This document shows positions 10,590 to 22,820 of a stretch of 64,000 bases of DNA, in pieces; the first letter of the stretch is position 1, and the number at the start of each line of letters is the position of its first letter. The translations under genes and the position numbers were made by a program. This stretch comes from Deinococcus sp. (GTDB taxonomy: Bacteria; Deinococcota; Deinococci; Deinococcales; Deinococcaceae): contig OZ253375.1 in the NCBI GenBank assembly GCA_965261005.1, forward strand, positions 960,001-1,024,000, in the 5' to 3' direction. The notes beneath the pieces are model-generated. The model was not told the origin of the DNA. It did not search any database and worked only from the letters and a program-made list of their open reading frames with translations.

Positions 10590-10632
10590 CGCCCCAGCCC
10601 CGGCAGAATTGAGGGCCGTATACTCGGAAACC

Positions 10633-11643
10633 ATGCCCACACGCCAACACGAACGCGAATACGAGCTGGAGGTGCTGCCCGGCCTTGAGGGGTTCGCCCT
10701 CTCGGAGCTGCGCGACTTGACGGGCGTCCGCCCGCTCACGGGGCTGCGCTTCGCCTACGCGGGCGGCGAGCGCGCCCTCAAGCGGCTGCGCTCGGCGACG
10801 GCCGTCTCCCTGCTGGCGCACTTCGAGGTGCCCCGGCCAAAGGCGCTCCTCGGGCACGCCCACCTGAGCCGCTTATTGGCCCTGATCGGCGAGGTGGTGG
10901 TGAACGACAGCTTCGCCAGCTTCCGCTTCGGCGCGGCGGGCGGGGAATCGGCAGTGTTCGCGCGCCTCGCTCAGGAGATCGAGGCTTCGAGCGGCCTGCG
11001 TCACGATTCGCGCGAGGGTGAGCTGCTGCTGCGCTTCAGGCGCTCGGGCGCCGGCTGGGACGTGCTGCTGCGCCTGACGCCGCGGCCCCTCTCGGCGCGG
11101 GCGTGGCGGGTGTGCAACTTGGCGGGCGGCCTCAACGCTACCTTAGCGAACGCCATGTTGCGCCTCGGCGGCGTGCGCGAGGGCGACCGGGTCTTCAACC
11201 CCATGACCGGCTCGGGCACGCTGCTGATCGAGCGCGCCGCGCTGGGGCCAGTCGAGCGGCTGGCCGGGGCCGATTCTGACCCGGAGGCGCTGCGTTGCGC
11301 CCGCGAGAACGTGGCGGCCAGCAAGCAGGGCGACATCGAGCTGTACGAGCTGGACGTGACCGAGGCGGGAACCGTGCCGGAGCGCGCCTTTGACCTGATC
11401 GTGGCCGATTTGCCGTGGGGCGACGCGGTGGGCGACCACGCGGGGAACGCCGAACTCTACCCCGCCTTTTTACGGGCGATGAACCGCGCCGCCACGAGGC
11501 GCGCCCGCATGGTGGTCCTGACCCACGAGGTGAGGCTATTCGAGTCGCTGCTCTCAGAGCAACATTCCTGGAAAAGCCGCGAGAGCCTGAAGGTCTTTCA
11601 CGGGGGCCACCATCCCCGGATGTACCTGCTGACCAAAGGCTGA
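10633..11643 (+). CDS. THUMP/UPF0020-type RNA methyltransferase
   Basis: NPMTGSGTLLIE SAM-binding motif, DLPWG motif; TATACT -10 just upstream of the ATG. Confidence 0.85.
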   Translation: MPTRQHEREYELEVLPGLEGFALSELRDLTGVRPLTGLRFAYAGGERALKRLRSATAVSLLAHFEVPRPKALLGHAHLSRLLALIGEVVVNDSFASFRFGAAGGESAVFARLAQEIEASSGLRHDSREGELLLRFRRSGAGWDVLLRLTPRPLSARAWRVCNLAGGLNATLANAMLRLGGVREGDRVFNPMTGSGTLLIERAALGPVERLAGADSDPEALRCARENVAASKQGDIELYELDVTEAGTVPERAFDLIVADLPWGDAVGDHAGNAELYPAFLRAMNRAATRRARMVVLTHEVRLFESLLSEQHSWKSRESLKVFHGGHHPRMYLLTKG

Positions 11644-11668
11644 AAAGGGCGTGCGCTATGCTGCCCTC

Positions 11669-12367
11669 ATGAGCGCCACCCTCGACGCACAGGTGATCGC
11701 CGTGACCACCTCCGACCAAGGCTATGGCCGCAGCGTGGGCATGGCCCTCGCGCGGGCGGGGGCCAGCGTGGTCCTGATCGGCGGCAACGTCGAGACGCTG
11801 TCACAACTCGCGTCGCACATCGAGTACGAGGGCGGCACCGCCATACCCATCAAGGCCGACGTGGGCGTGCCGCTCGACTACCTGAGCGCCCAGGAGCGCG
11901 CCCTGGAAATCTTCGGGGCGCTGCACGGCGTCGTTCACCTCGCCGACAAGCGCGCCCACAGCGTCTTTCCCATGCTCAGCGAGGCGGAGTGGATGGATTT
12001 ATTCGGCTGCAACGTTAAGTCCAGCGTGGGCATCGCCCAGATTTTGCGCCGCCGCCTGCCGGACACCTGGCTCACCCTGATCGGGCCGCACCTGGACGAA
12101 ACGGGGTTGCACGCCCCGCCGCAGCGCGGCGCCCTGCGCGGCCTGACCGAACACGCCTATGAGGAGAAGCTGCGCGTCAACACCCTGCTCCCCTCGCGCG
12201 CCCCCAGCGGCGAGGAACACGACCGGCCGCTGTCGGACGCCGTGGTCGCCTTGGCCGGCGAGGGACTGCGCCATATTCGCGGCAGCACCATCGAGGTGCC
12301 GCTGCCGGGGGCGCCGGGGGACCGGCCGCTCGACGTTCTGAACGTGCGCGCGGGCCGTGGGGGGTAG
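11669..12367 (+). CDS. atypical short-chain dehydrogenase/reductase
   Basis: Rossmann-like start VIAVTTSDQGYGRSVG...AGASVVL and ADV motif; canonical YxxxK not evident. Confidence 0.75.
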   Translation: MSATLDAQVIAVTTSDQGYGRSVGMALARAGASVVLIGGNVETLSQLASHIEYEGGTAIPIKADVGVPLDYLSAQERALEIFGALHGVVHLADKRAHSVFPMLSEAEWMDLFGCNVKSSVGIAQILRRRLPDTWLTLIGPHLDETGLHAPPQRGALRGLTEHAYEEKLRVNTLLPSRAPSGEEHDRPLSDAVVALAGEGLRHIRGSTIEVPLPGAPGDRPLDVLNVRAGRGG

Positions 12368-12370
12368 CGC

Positions 12371-12814
12371 GTGAAGTGCCCCTACTGCTCCGCTCCCGAC
12401 AGCAAGGTGGTGAACTCGCGCCCCGGCGACGACGGCGGCGCCATCCGGCGGCGGCGCGAGTGCCTCGCGTGCGCGCGGCGCTTCACGACCTACGAGCGCG
12501 CCCAGCTCGAACCCCTGATGGTCATCAAGCGCGCCGGCCGGCGCGAGGCTTTCAACCCCGACAAGCTGCTGCGCGGCCTTCAGCTGGCCGCCGAAAAGCG
12601 CCCGGTCCAGGAAGGCGCCCTGCGCGCCTTTGCCTACGGTTTCGAGGATGAGATCGGGCAGGCCGAGGTCAGCAGCGAGGCCATCGGCAAGCGCGCCATG
12701 GCCTTTTTGCGCCCCCTCGACGAGGTCGCCTACATCCGCTTCGCCAGCGTGTACCGCGACTTCGACAGCTTGGAGCGCTTTATCGAGGAGATTCGCGGCC
12801 TCAAGGATGGATAA
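12371..12814 (+). CDS. nrdR: transcriptional repressor NrdR
   Basis: MKCPYC...SR...IRRRRECxxCxxRFTTYE, ATP cone, AYIRFASVYRDF. Confidence 0.97.
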   Translation: MKCPYCSAPDSKVVNSRPGDDGGAIRRRRECLACARRFTTYERAQLEPLMVIKRAGRREAFNPDKLLRGLQLAAEKRPVQEGALRAFAYGFEDEIGQAEVSSEAIGKRAMAFLRPLDEVAYIRFASVYRDFDSLERFIEEIRGLKDG

Positions 12815-12846
12815 AAAAACACCCCCACCTTGCGGTGGCGGTGTTC
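12813..12846. terminator. intrinsic terminator between convergent nrdR and groEL
   Basis: A-run followed by AACACCcCCACC/GGTGGcGGTGTT stem; U-tail on the minus strand. Confidence 0.65.
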
Positions 12847-12859
12847 CTACCCAGCTTTC

Positions 12860-14807
<1,948 letters not shown>

Positions 14808-14891
14808 TCGCTCTTCCCTCCCAAAAAACTGTGAGTGTTCGGCGGCCCCAGCCCCTTTTTCAAGCCTGGCAGCTCGCCGACTCCAAACGCC

Positions 14892-14921
14892 ATGTTAGCG
14901 ACGGACTCAGCACTATGTCAA
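14892..14921 (-). promoter_or_regulatory. groESL promoter
   Basis: Minus-strand TTGACA (14921-14916), 18 nt, TAACAT (14897-14892). Confidence 0.65.
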
Positions 14922-14937
14922 TGGGGTAACCACAAGA

Positions 14938-14958
14938 TATGAGCGCGTAGGACTCAGA
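14938..14958. promoter_or_regulatory. HAIR-like HspR operator upstream of groESL
   Basis: TATGAGC-N7-ACTCAGA versus consensus CTTGAGT-N7-ACTCAAG. Confidence 0.55.
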
Positions 14959-15002
14959 TTTGCCAGGAGCTTTATCAGGGGCCGCACAACCTCAACGAAC
15001 GG

Positions 15003-15641
15003 TCAAGACGCGCCCGTCGAGCGGCCGATCACGGCGTACAGCGGATCGCCGCCAAAAAAACCCCGGCGCGGGCTGCGGTCCAACCCCTCGATCTGCTCGA
15101 AGGTGCCGGCCTCCCGCAGCAGCTCCTTTACGAACGCGACGTGGCCCGCGTCGTCCGTCCGCTGCCACGCGCGCACCGCCTTGGTCGGGAAGCAGCGGTT
15201 GGAAAAGGTGATGACGATGGGCGCCCCCGCCCTTAAAACCCGCCCGACCTCGCGCAGCACCTCGGTTGGCCGGGTCAGGTAGTCCACCGAGACGCAGATG
15301 CCGCAGCCGTTAAAGCTGGCCGTTTCATACGGCAGCGCCGGATTCTCGTTGAGGTTCTGCACCATGAACTCAGTCAGGCGCGGGTTGGCGGCCAGCTCCT
15401 CGCGGTTCATGCCGAGGCCGACCACCCGCGAATACGAGACCTCCGGCGGCAGGTGACTGATCCAGGAACTCATCAGGTCGAGAATGGCGCCGTCAGCCGA
15501 GAAGTACTCGCGGTAGAGCTGTGTGACGGCGGCAATCGCCCCCGCGTCAATGTGAGTCACGAAGCGCGGCTGGGCGTAAAAGAGTTCGTCGGGAGACTCG
15601 TCGGCGCGGCGGTAAGCGTCGGGCGGGATGGGGTCAGGCAT
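15003..15641 (-). CDS. class I SAM-dependent methyltransferase (type 11)
   Basis: DESPDELFYAQPRFVTHID, ILDLMSSWISHLP, FSNRCFPTKA conserved family motifs. Confidence 0.88.
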   Translation of the reverse strand: MPDPIPPDAYRRADESPDELFYAQPRFVTHIDAGAIAAVTQLYREYFSADGAILDLMSSWISHLPPEVSYSRVVGLGMNREELAANPRLTEFMVQNLNENPALPYETASFNGCGICVSVDYLTRPTEVLREVGRVLRAGAPIVITFSNRCFPTKAVRAWQRTDDAGHVAFVKELLREAGTFEQIEGLDRSPRRGFFGGDPLYAVIGRSTGAS

Positions 15642-15710
15642 AGGGAGAGCTTGGGCCGGAGATTCGGGAAAAGGGCCTTGCGCCGGTCAAGCCGTGTTCA
15701 TATTTCAATA

Positions 15711-15736
15711 GACGTATATATGTCATATATTATATG
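15711..15736. promoter_or_regulatory. AT-rich double palindrome, putative operator
   Basis: GACGTATATATGTC (near-perfect) overlapping CATATA-T-TATATG (perfect), just upstream of the AGGAGG RBS of the GGDEF-RHH gene. Confidence 0.55.
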
Positions 15737-15758
15737 CGAGCTATAGGAGGTAAGACCT

Positions 15759-16373
15759 ATGACGAAAGTTGAGCAACTTCCCCTGCTGGACGGCGCAGGC
15801 TTCGAGAAGGCGACTCACGACTTGGGCGAGCATGAGCCGCTGACGCTGGCCCTGATTGACCTCGACCACTTTCAGGAGATCAACGGGGCGCTGGGCCACG
15901 AAGGGGGTAACAGGGTGCTGCGTTTCGTAGAAGGGCTGCTGACGCGCAGCCTGCCCCTCGGCAGCGTCGTCGGCCGGGTGGGCGGCGACGAGTACGCCGC
16001 CGCGCTGCCGGGGGCGAGCGCCGAGGAGGCCCTGATCGTGTTCAACGAGATCGGGCAGCACTTCGCCGCCGTGCGCGACTTGGCGCCAGGGCGCCTGAGC
16101 CTGTCGGTCGGCCTGGCCCAGCGCCCCACCCACGCCGCCTCGCTGCCCGACCTGCGCCGCGCCGCCGACGAGGCCCTCTTGCGCGCCAAGCGCGAGGGGC
16201 GCGGGCGCATCGCCATCTACACCCTCAGCAAGATGGTCCTCAAGAGCAACTACTACCCCAAGTCGAGTTTAGAGCGGCTCGCCAAGCTTTCCGCCGCCCA
16301 GAACCGCACCGAGGCCAGTTTGCTGCGCGAGGCGCTGGACAACTTGGTGGACAAGTACCGGGAGAGCTTATGA
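15759..16373 (+). CDS. GGDEF-domain protein with C-terminal ribbon-helix-helix domain
   Basis: LIDLDHFQEIN...GHEGGN, RVGGDEY, ADEALLRAKREGR; C-terminal KSNYYPKSSLERLAKLSAAQNRTEASLLREALDNLVDKY; AGGAGG RBS. Confidence 0.85.
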   Translation: MTKVEQLPLLDGAGFEKATHDLGEHEPLTLALIDLDHFQEINGALGHEGGNRVLRFVEGLLTRSLPLGSVVGRVGGDEYAAALPGASAEEALIVFNEIGQHFAAVRDLAPGRLSLSVGLAQRPTHAASLPDLRRAADEALLRAKREGRGRIAIYTLSKMVLKSNYYPKSSLERLAKLSAAQNRTEASLLREALDNLVDKYRESL

Positions 16374-16394
16374 GCGGAGAGGTTTAGCGAGCGC

Positions 16395-17015
16395 GTGACC
16401 CTCCACCTCACCCTCCTGCGCCACGGCCGCAGCCGCGCCGACGACGAGCACGTTCACGAGGGGCGCTATGACAGCCCGCTCACGGAGGAAGGGGAGCGGC
16501 AGGCGCGGGCGTTGGCGGCGTACTGGGCCGAACACCCGCCCGGCTTCGAGCGGGTCTTTTGCTCGCCTCTCTCCAGGGGGCGGCGAACCGCCGAGATCGT
16601 CTCCGCGCCTCTGAAGCTCGCGCCCGAAGCCCGCGAGGGCTGGATGGAGTGGGACAACGGCCCGCTGGCGGGGCTGGACTTCGCGAAGGCCGAGCGGCGC
16701 TTTCCGGTGCCCGCCTTCCGGCACGCCTTTGACCCGTACACGCCACAGGGCGGCGAGTCGGGCGCGGCCATGCGCGCCCGCGTGCTGCTGGCGCTGGAGG
16801 AGGTCTGGACCTGCGGCGCGGGAAACGTCCTGATCGTGGCGCACGGCGGCGTACTAAACATGGCCCTGCGGGAACTCTTGGGCGGCGAGCGCGGCTGGTT
16901 CGCCTTCGGCGACACCGGTTTTGCGACCGTCGAATTGGAACGCGGCAGCCACACGGCGCTGTTGGGCGGCGTGAACTTGAGGCCGCATTTGACGGGAGCG
17001 GATGATCCGGCTTAG
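16395..17015 (+). CDS. histidine phosphatase (phosphoglycerate mutase) family protein
   Basis: LLRHG, SPLSR, GES, VAHGG motifs. Confidence 0.9.
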   Translation: MTLHLTLLRHGRSRADDEHVHEGRYDSPLTEEGERQARALAAYWAEHPPGFERVFCSPLSRGRRTAEIVSAPLKLAPEAREGWMEWDNGPLAGLDFAKAERRFPVPAFRHAFDPYTPQGGESGAAMRARVLLALEEVWTCGAGNVLIVAHGGVLNMALRELLGGERGWFAFGDTGFATVELERGSHTALLGGVNLRPHLTGADDPA

Positions 17016-17091
17016 GACCCCCGCGGGGGTTCTTCGTGCTCCGCCCTTCGGGCACCTCATCCTTTAGGTTTCAATCGCATAAAATGCCACC

Positions 17092-17508
17092 ATGAGCGTA
17101 AAAATCGAGAGCATTTTTGAACCGACGGATGAGATAATCGAAGGCATATATGATGGTCTTACTCAGTTCAATCTCGAAAAAGTTGGTGGCTGGGAGTGTC
17201 ATCATATTGCAGTCGTCGCCCGTAAAGGGGACAAGATAATTGGTGGTATTAATGGCACGGCACAATGGAACTGGCTTGATATAGAGCAGTTATGGGTTGA
17301 GGTATTGGAAAGGAATCAAGGTCTTGGGAGTCGTCTACTTGATACTATCGAACAAGCTGCCGCCGCTAAAGGCTTTCCTAATTTTCATATTCGCACTGGC
17401 GACTGGCAAGCACTGGAATTTTATAAAAAGCATGGATATAAAATTTTTGGCGAATTAGAGAATCACCCTGAAGGTCATACACTGTTTTTTCTTAAAAAAC
17501 TAGGTTGA
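17092..17508 (+). CDS. GNAT acetyltransferase (AT-rich)
   Basis: QLWV...RNQGLGSRLL, QALEFYKKHGY acetyl-CoA motifs. Confidence 0.9.
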   Translation: MSVKIESIFEPTDEIIEGIYDGLTQFNLEKVGGWECHHIAVVARKGDKIIGGINGTAQWNWLDIEQLWVEVLERNQGLGSRLLDTIEQAAAAKGFPNFHIRTGDWQALEFYKKHGYKIFGELENHPEGHTLFFLKKLG

Positions 17509-17710
17509 TTTAGTACGAACCTGTCTTCCATTTCAGCACCAGACACCTTTTAAGTAAAAGTTGCTCGCGCCTCTGATACCGCTTCATGTGTGATGCTGCT
17601 ATATCTGGAACTCGACGACGAAGCTCATTGAGCGAAAACAGGTGAGTTCCCGTGAAATTCTCGGGTAAACGGTGATAAAGCATGCAGACATGCTACCCAA
17701 AACAGGGGTT

Positions 17711-17884
17711 TTACTGCCGCTTCTTAGGGTCGAGGGCGTCGCGCAAACCGTCCCCGAGCAACTGGTAGCAGGCTACCGTGAACACGATGAAAAAGCCCGG
17801 AATCAAGACCCACGGCCGGTCGGTGATGCTGGCGAGACCCCCTTCCTGCACTTGGGCGAGCAAGCTACCCCAAGAGGCGTAAGC
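17711..17884 (-). pseudogene. 3' remnant of a peptide ABC transporter permease (DppC/OppC-like)
   Basis: [11 protein letters not shown]...[31 protein letters not shown] is the typical DppC C-terminus; no upstream part present. Confidence 0.8.
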
Positions 17885-17890
17885 TGAGCC

Positions 17891-18067
17891 ATGAACCGCT
17901 TTGGCGATTGGCTGCGGCGGCTGTTCACCTCGCCGAACCGGCGCCCGCCACCCAACTTTCCGGACGGCGCGGGCGTGCGGGTGCCCACGCCGCCCAGGCC
18001 AAGCCGCCCCCGGCGGAGGAACTGGTCGAGCGGTGAGATTTGCGAGAAACAGCCCAACCGACCGTGA
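17891..18067 (+). CDS. putative small protein (58 aa), not in ORF track
   Basis: [37 protein letters not shown]...; TAAGCT -10-like hexamer 5 nt before the ATG. Confidence 0.35.
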   Translation: MNRFGDWLRRLFTSPNRRPPPNFPDGAGVRVPTPPRPSRPRRRNWSSGEICEKQPNRP

Positions 18068-18115
18068 ACGCCGGCGGCTTGACGTGCAGCGAACTTCACG
18101 TGTCACAGTGGGGGC

Positions 18116-18580
<465 letters not shown>

Positions 18581-18595
18581 GCCAATTAAGCGAAC

Positions 18596-18625
18596 GGGCC
18601 GGGAGCATTCCCGGCCCCTTTTTTG
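18596..18625 (+). terminator. intrinsic terminator
   Basis: GGGCCGGGA-gcat-TCCCGGCCC followed by a T-run. Confidence 0.8.
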
Positions 18626-18633
18626 GAGCCTCT

Positions 18634-19392
18634 ATGAGCGCCATTCGGCGGACAACCCAGGAGTTCGCCCAGATGACGGCGGAGTACGCCGAGCGCTTGG
18701 AGCGTGACGCCGCCTTTCGCGACATCGTGAACGTGCTGTGCGGCGCACCGGAACATGCCCACGCCTTTGGGCAGGCGCGCGGCGTGGGCATCTCGACCTT
18801 TGCCGGGATGTTGAACTTACCGGTCTCGACCGTGCGCCATTACCAGCGCCTCGGGCTGATCACGCCCTACGAGGTGAACGGCAAATTCCGCTTCTGGTTT
18901 CACAACGTGGCGCAGGCAGAGTCGGTGCGGCAGTGGCGCGACCTCGGCCTGAGCCTGGAAGAGATTCTGGAGCAGCGCGCCGGGGAGCGCATCGGCGGGC
19001 AGAGCGCGACCTTTGCCGGCAACTTCGCCGACAAGAGCGTGAACGTCCTGATCACGTCCAAGAACGCGCTGCGCGGCGGCGCCCCAAGCGGGGACTCGCA
19101 ACCCGGGGATTGGCAGCTGTACGTCGAGCGCGTGGGCGACGAGGCGAGAACCGCCCTGTTCGGCCCGGCCAAAAGCGCCGGCGTCTTGGTGACGGCCCGC
19201 GACGTGTTCCCGGTGTCCCAGCTTTCAGGAGGCGCGGCGGACGTGGACGATTGGCGCCAAGCGATGGCGCGCACCCGTCTGGAGGCGCGCGCCGCCCGCG
19301 TCCGACTGGAGGCCCGCCTGAAGAAGCTGCAAGAACAGCTCAACCGGGCGCGGGCGCTGGAAACGGCCTTGGAGAGCCACGGCCGGCAGTAG
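18634..19392 (+). CDS. MerR-family transcriptional regulator
   Basis: ISTFAGMLNLPVSTVRHYQRLGLITP...VRQWRDLGLSLEEI, C-terminal coiled coil. Confidence 0.8.
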   Translation: MSAIRRTTQEFAQMTAEYAERLERDAAFRDIVNVLCGAPEHAHAFGQARGVGISTFAGMLNLPVSTVRHYQRLGLITPYEVNGKFRFWFHNVAQAESVRQWRDLGLSLEEILEQRAGERIGGQSATFAGNFADKSVNVLITSKNALRGGAPSGDSQPGDWQLYVERVGDEARTALFGPAKSAGVLVTARDVFPVSQLSGGAADVDDWRQAMARTRLEARAARVRLEARLKKLQEQLNRARALETALESHGRQ

Positions 19393-19417
19393 CTAAGACG
19401 TTGGGGCCAAAGCAAAA

Positions 19418-19456
19418 CCCCTCCCCCGTGAGGAGAGAGGGGCCGGGGGCGGGGGG
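19418..19456. repeat. REP-like palindrome (CCCTCTCCC family), degenerate copy 2
   Basis: ccctcccccgtgaggagagaggggccgggggcggggg resembles the 8423 copy; lies between convergent genes. Confidence 0.5.
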
Positions 19457-19461
19457 TCCCT

Positions 19462-20604
<1,143 letters not shown>

Positions 20605-20613
20605 GGCTGCTCC

Positions 20614-20631
20614 TGGTGAAATACTTCACGA
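20614..20631. promoter_or_regulatory. Rex operator (ROP) at the ndh translation start region
   Basis: TGGTGAA-ATAC-TTCACGA versus consensus TTGTGAA-N4-TTCACAA. Confidence 0.7.
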
Positions 20632-20866
20632 GCGTGAAGCGCTACTGCGGTGAGAAAAGACGTGGGGCACGTCTCAACATGACTCAGTGTACAGGGTACA
20701 CGAATGCCAGAACAGTGCCCGGCTACCGACACCTTGGCCGATCATTGAACGTTCTGTGCCCGCAAGAGCGCCACAATTTAAGACGTCGGCGTTTTCAGGC
20801 GCTACACTATTTTCACATGGAACTCACTCAAGTGCTCGCCACACTGCGCGCCGCTCAGGAGCCGGC

Positions 20867-21943
<1,077 letters not shown>

Positions 21944-21957
21944 GCCGAATAGGCATA

Positions 21958-21993
21958 AAGGACGGCCGAGCCACTTATGGCTCGGCCGTCCTT
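21958..21993. terminator. strong hairpin, likely bidirectional terminator
   Basis: AAGGACGGCCGAGCCA-ctta-TGGCTCGGCCGTCCTT perfect stem between convergent genes. Confidence 0.8.
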
Positions 21994-21996
21994 CAG

Positions 21997-22467
21997 CTAG
22001 AGGCGTGACTGAAAACAGCTCTGCAAGTACTTGTCAAACTCTTCAACCTTCGCCTTATTGCCCACGTCCTTAAGAACGATACGTCCCTCGGAATTTACAA
22101 GTACAAAGCTTGGGTATGCTCCAACTCCATATGCTTCATTGACTATGCCACCCATATCAAGCACATTTGTAGGCTGATCATATATTGATCGGTCCTCTTG
22201 CTTAGAATACCGGTCAACTATTATCAAATGCACATCAGATTTGGCACAAGCCTGAGCAACCCGCATATCTATAAGGTCACATATCGTACATGAGGTCGTA
22301 CGAAAGTAAAGTAGCGTCGGTTTTTGATCCTCAAATCGCAATTGGGGTAAGCGCGGCGCCACTTTACCAATCCAGCGCTTAGCAAACCAACCCGAGGTGA
22401 TTACAGTTAATAACCTAGGTGATGTAGGATCATCGCGTTCTTTATTAACTGTAATACGTATTGCCAC
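21997..22467 (-). CDS. thioredoxin-like (TlpA/redoxin fold) CxxC protein
   Basis: PTLLYFRTTSCTICD active site; AYGVGAYPSFVLVNSEGRI cis-Pro motif; AT-rich. Confidence 0.8.
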   Translation of the reverse strand: MAIRITVNKERDDPTSPRLLTVITSGWFAKRWIGKVAPRLPQLRFEDQKPTLLYFRTTSCTICDLIDMRVAQACAKSDVHLIIVDRYSKQEDRSIYDQPTNVLDMGGIVNEAYGVGAYPSFVLVNSEGRIVLKDVGNKAKVEEFDKYLQSCFQSRL

Positions 22468-22470
22468 GGC

Positions 22471-22599
22471 TTACGAACCTATGCAAATGATAATGCCGAA
22501 GAACGTTTTACAGCCGTTCGGATGAACGCCTTGAGATACAGCGAGTGCGCTTGTAGAAAAAATGAGGCTTGCAAAGCCTATACGAATCGCTTTCTTCAT
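22471..22599 (-). CDS. small secreted two-cysteine peptide B (42 aa), not in ORF track
   Basis: Manual translation [51 protein letters not shown]; tightly packed between its neighbours. Confidence 0.75.
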   Translation of the reverse strand: MKKAIRIGFASLIFSTSALAVSQGVHPNGCKTFFGIIICIGS

Positions 22600-22609
22600 G
22601 ATTTCACCT

Positions 22610-22756
22610 TTAAAAGCAGTTGGTAATAAAAACGGAGCCAATGTGAATAGACCAGCAACCCTGCGGAGTCACCGATGGAGCCGCCACAACACTCCCTCCA
22701 AGAAGGACGCTAGCTACGATGACCGCTTGAAGCTGCCGCTTAGCCCTATGCATCAT
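22610..22756 (-). CDS. small secreted two-cysteine peptide A (48 aa)
   Basis: [59 protein letters not shown] upstream. Confidence 0.72.
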   Translation of the reverse strand: MMHRAKRQLQAVIVASVLLGGSVVAAPSVTPQGCWSIHIGSVFITNCF

Positions 22757-22820
22757 ATCGACTCCCCTCACCAAAGAGTAAAACCACTCCATATTTTGGA
22801 AAGCAAGTTCTTTGGTGGCC

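Noticed and set aside
9277..10632. N-terminal extension of the 788-aa ORF (and similar long extensions of ORFs 2105, 3284, 4591, 24795 and 32165)
   Set aside because: Shadow frames overlapping real genes in GC-rich DNA; true starts were set at the family-consistent codons
14860..14915. Possible CIRCE element upstream of groES
   Set aside because: No TTAGCACTC-N9-GAGTGCTAA match could be read; a HAIR-like site fits better
22471..22756. Interpreting the two small peptides as lipoproteins (G-C)
   Set aside because: The residues before Cys are PNG/PQG, not an L-[AS]-[GA]-C lipobox, and lie beyond AxA-like signal peptidase I sites
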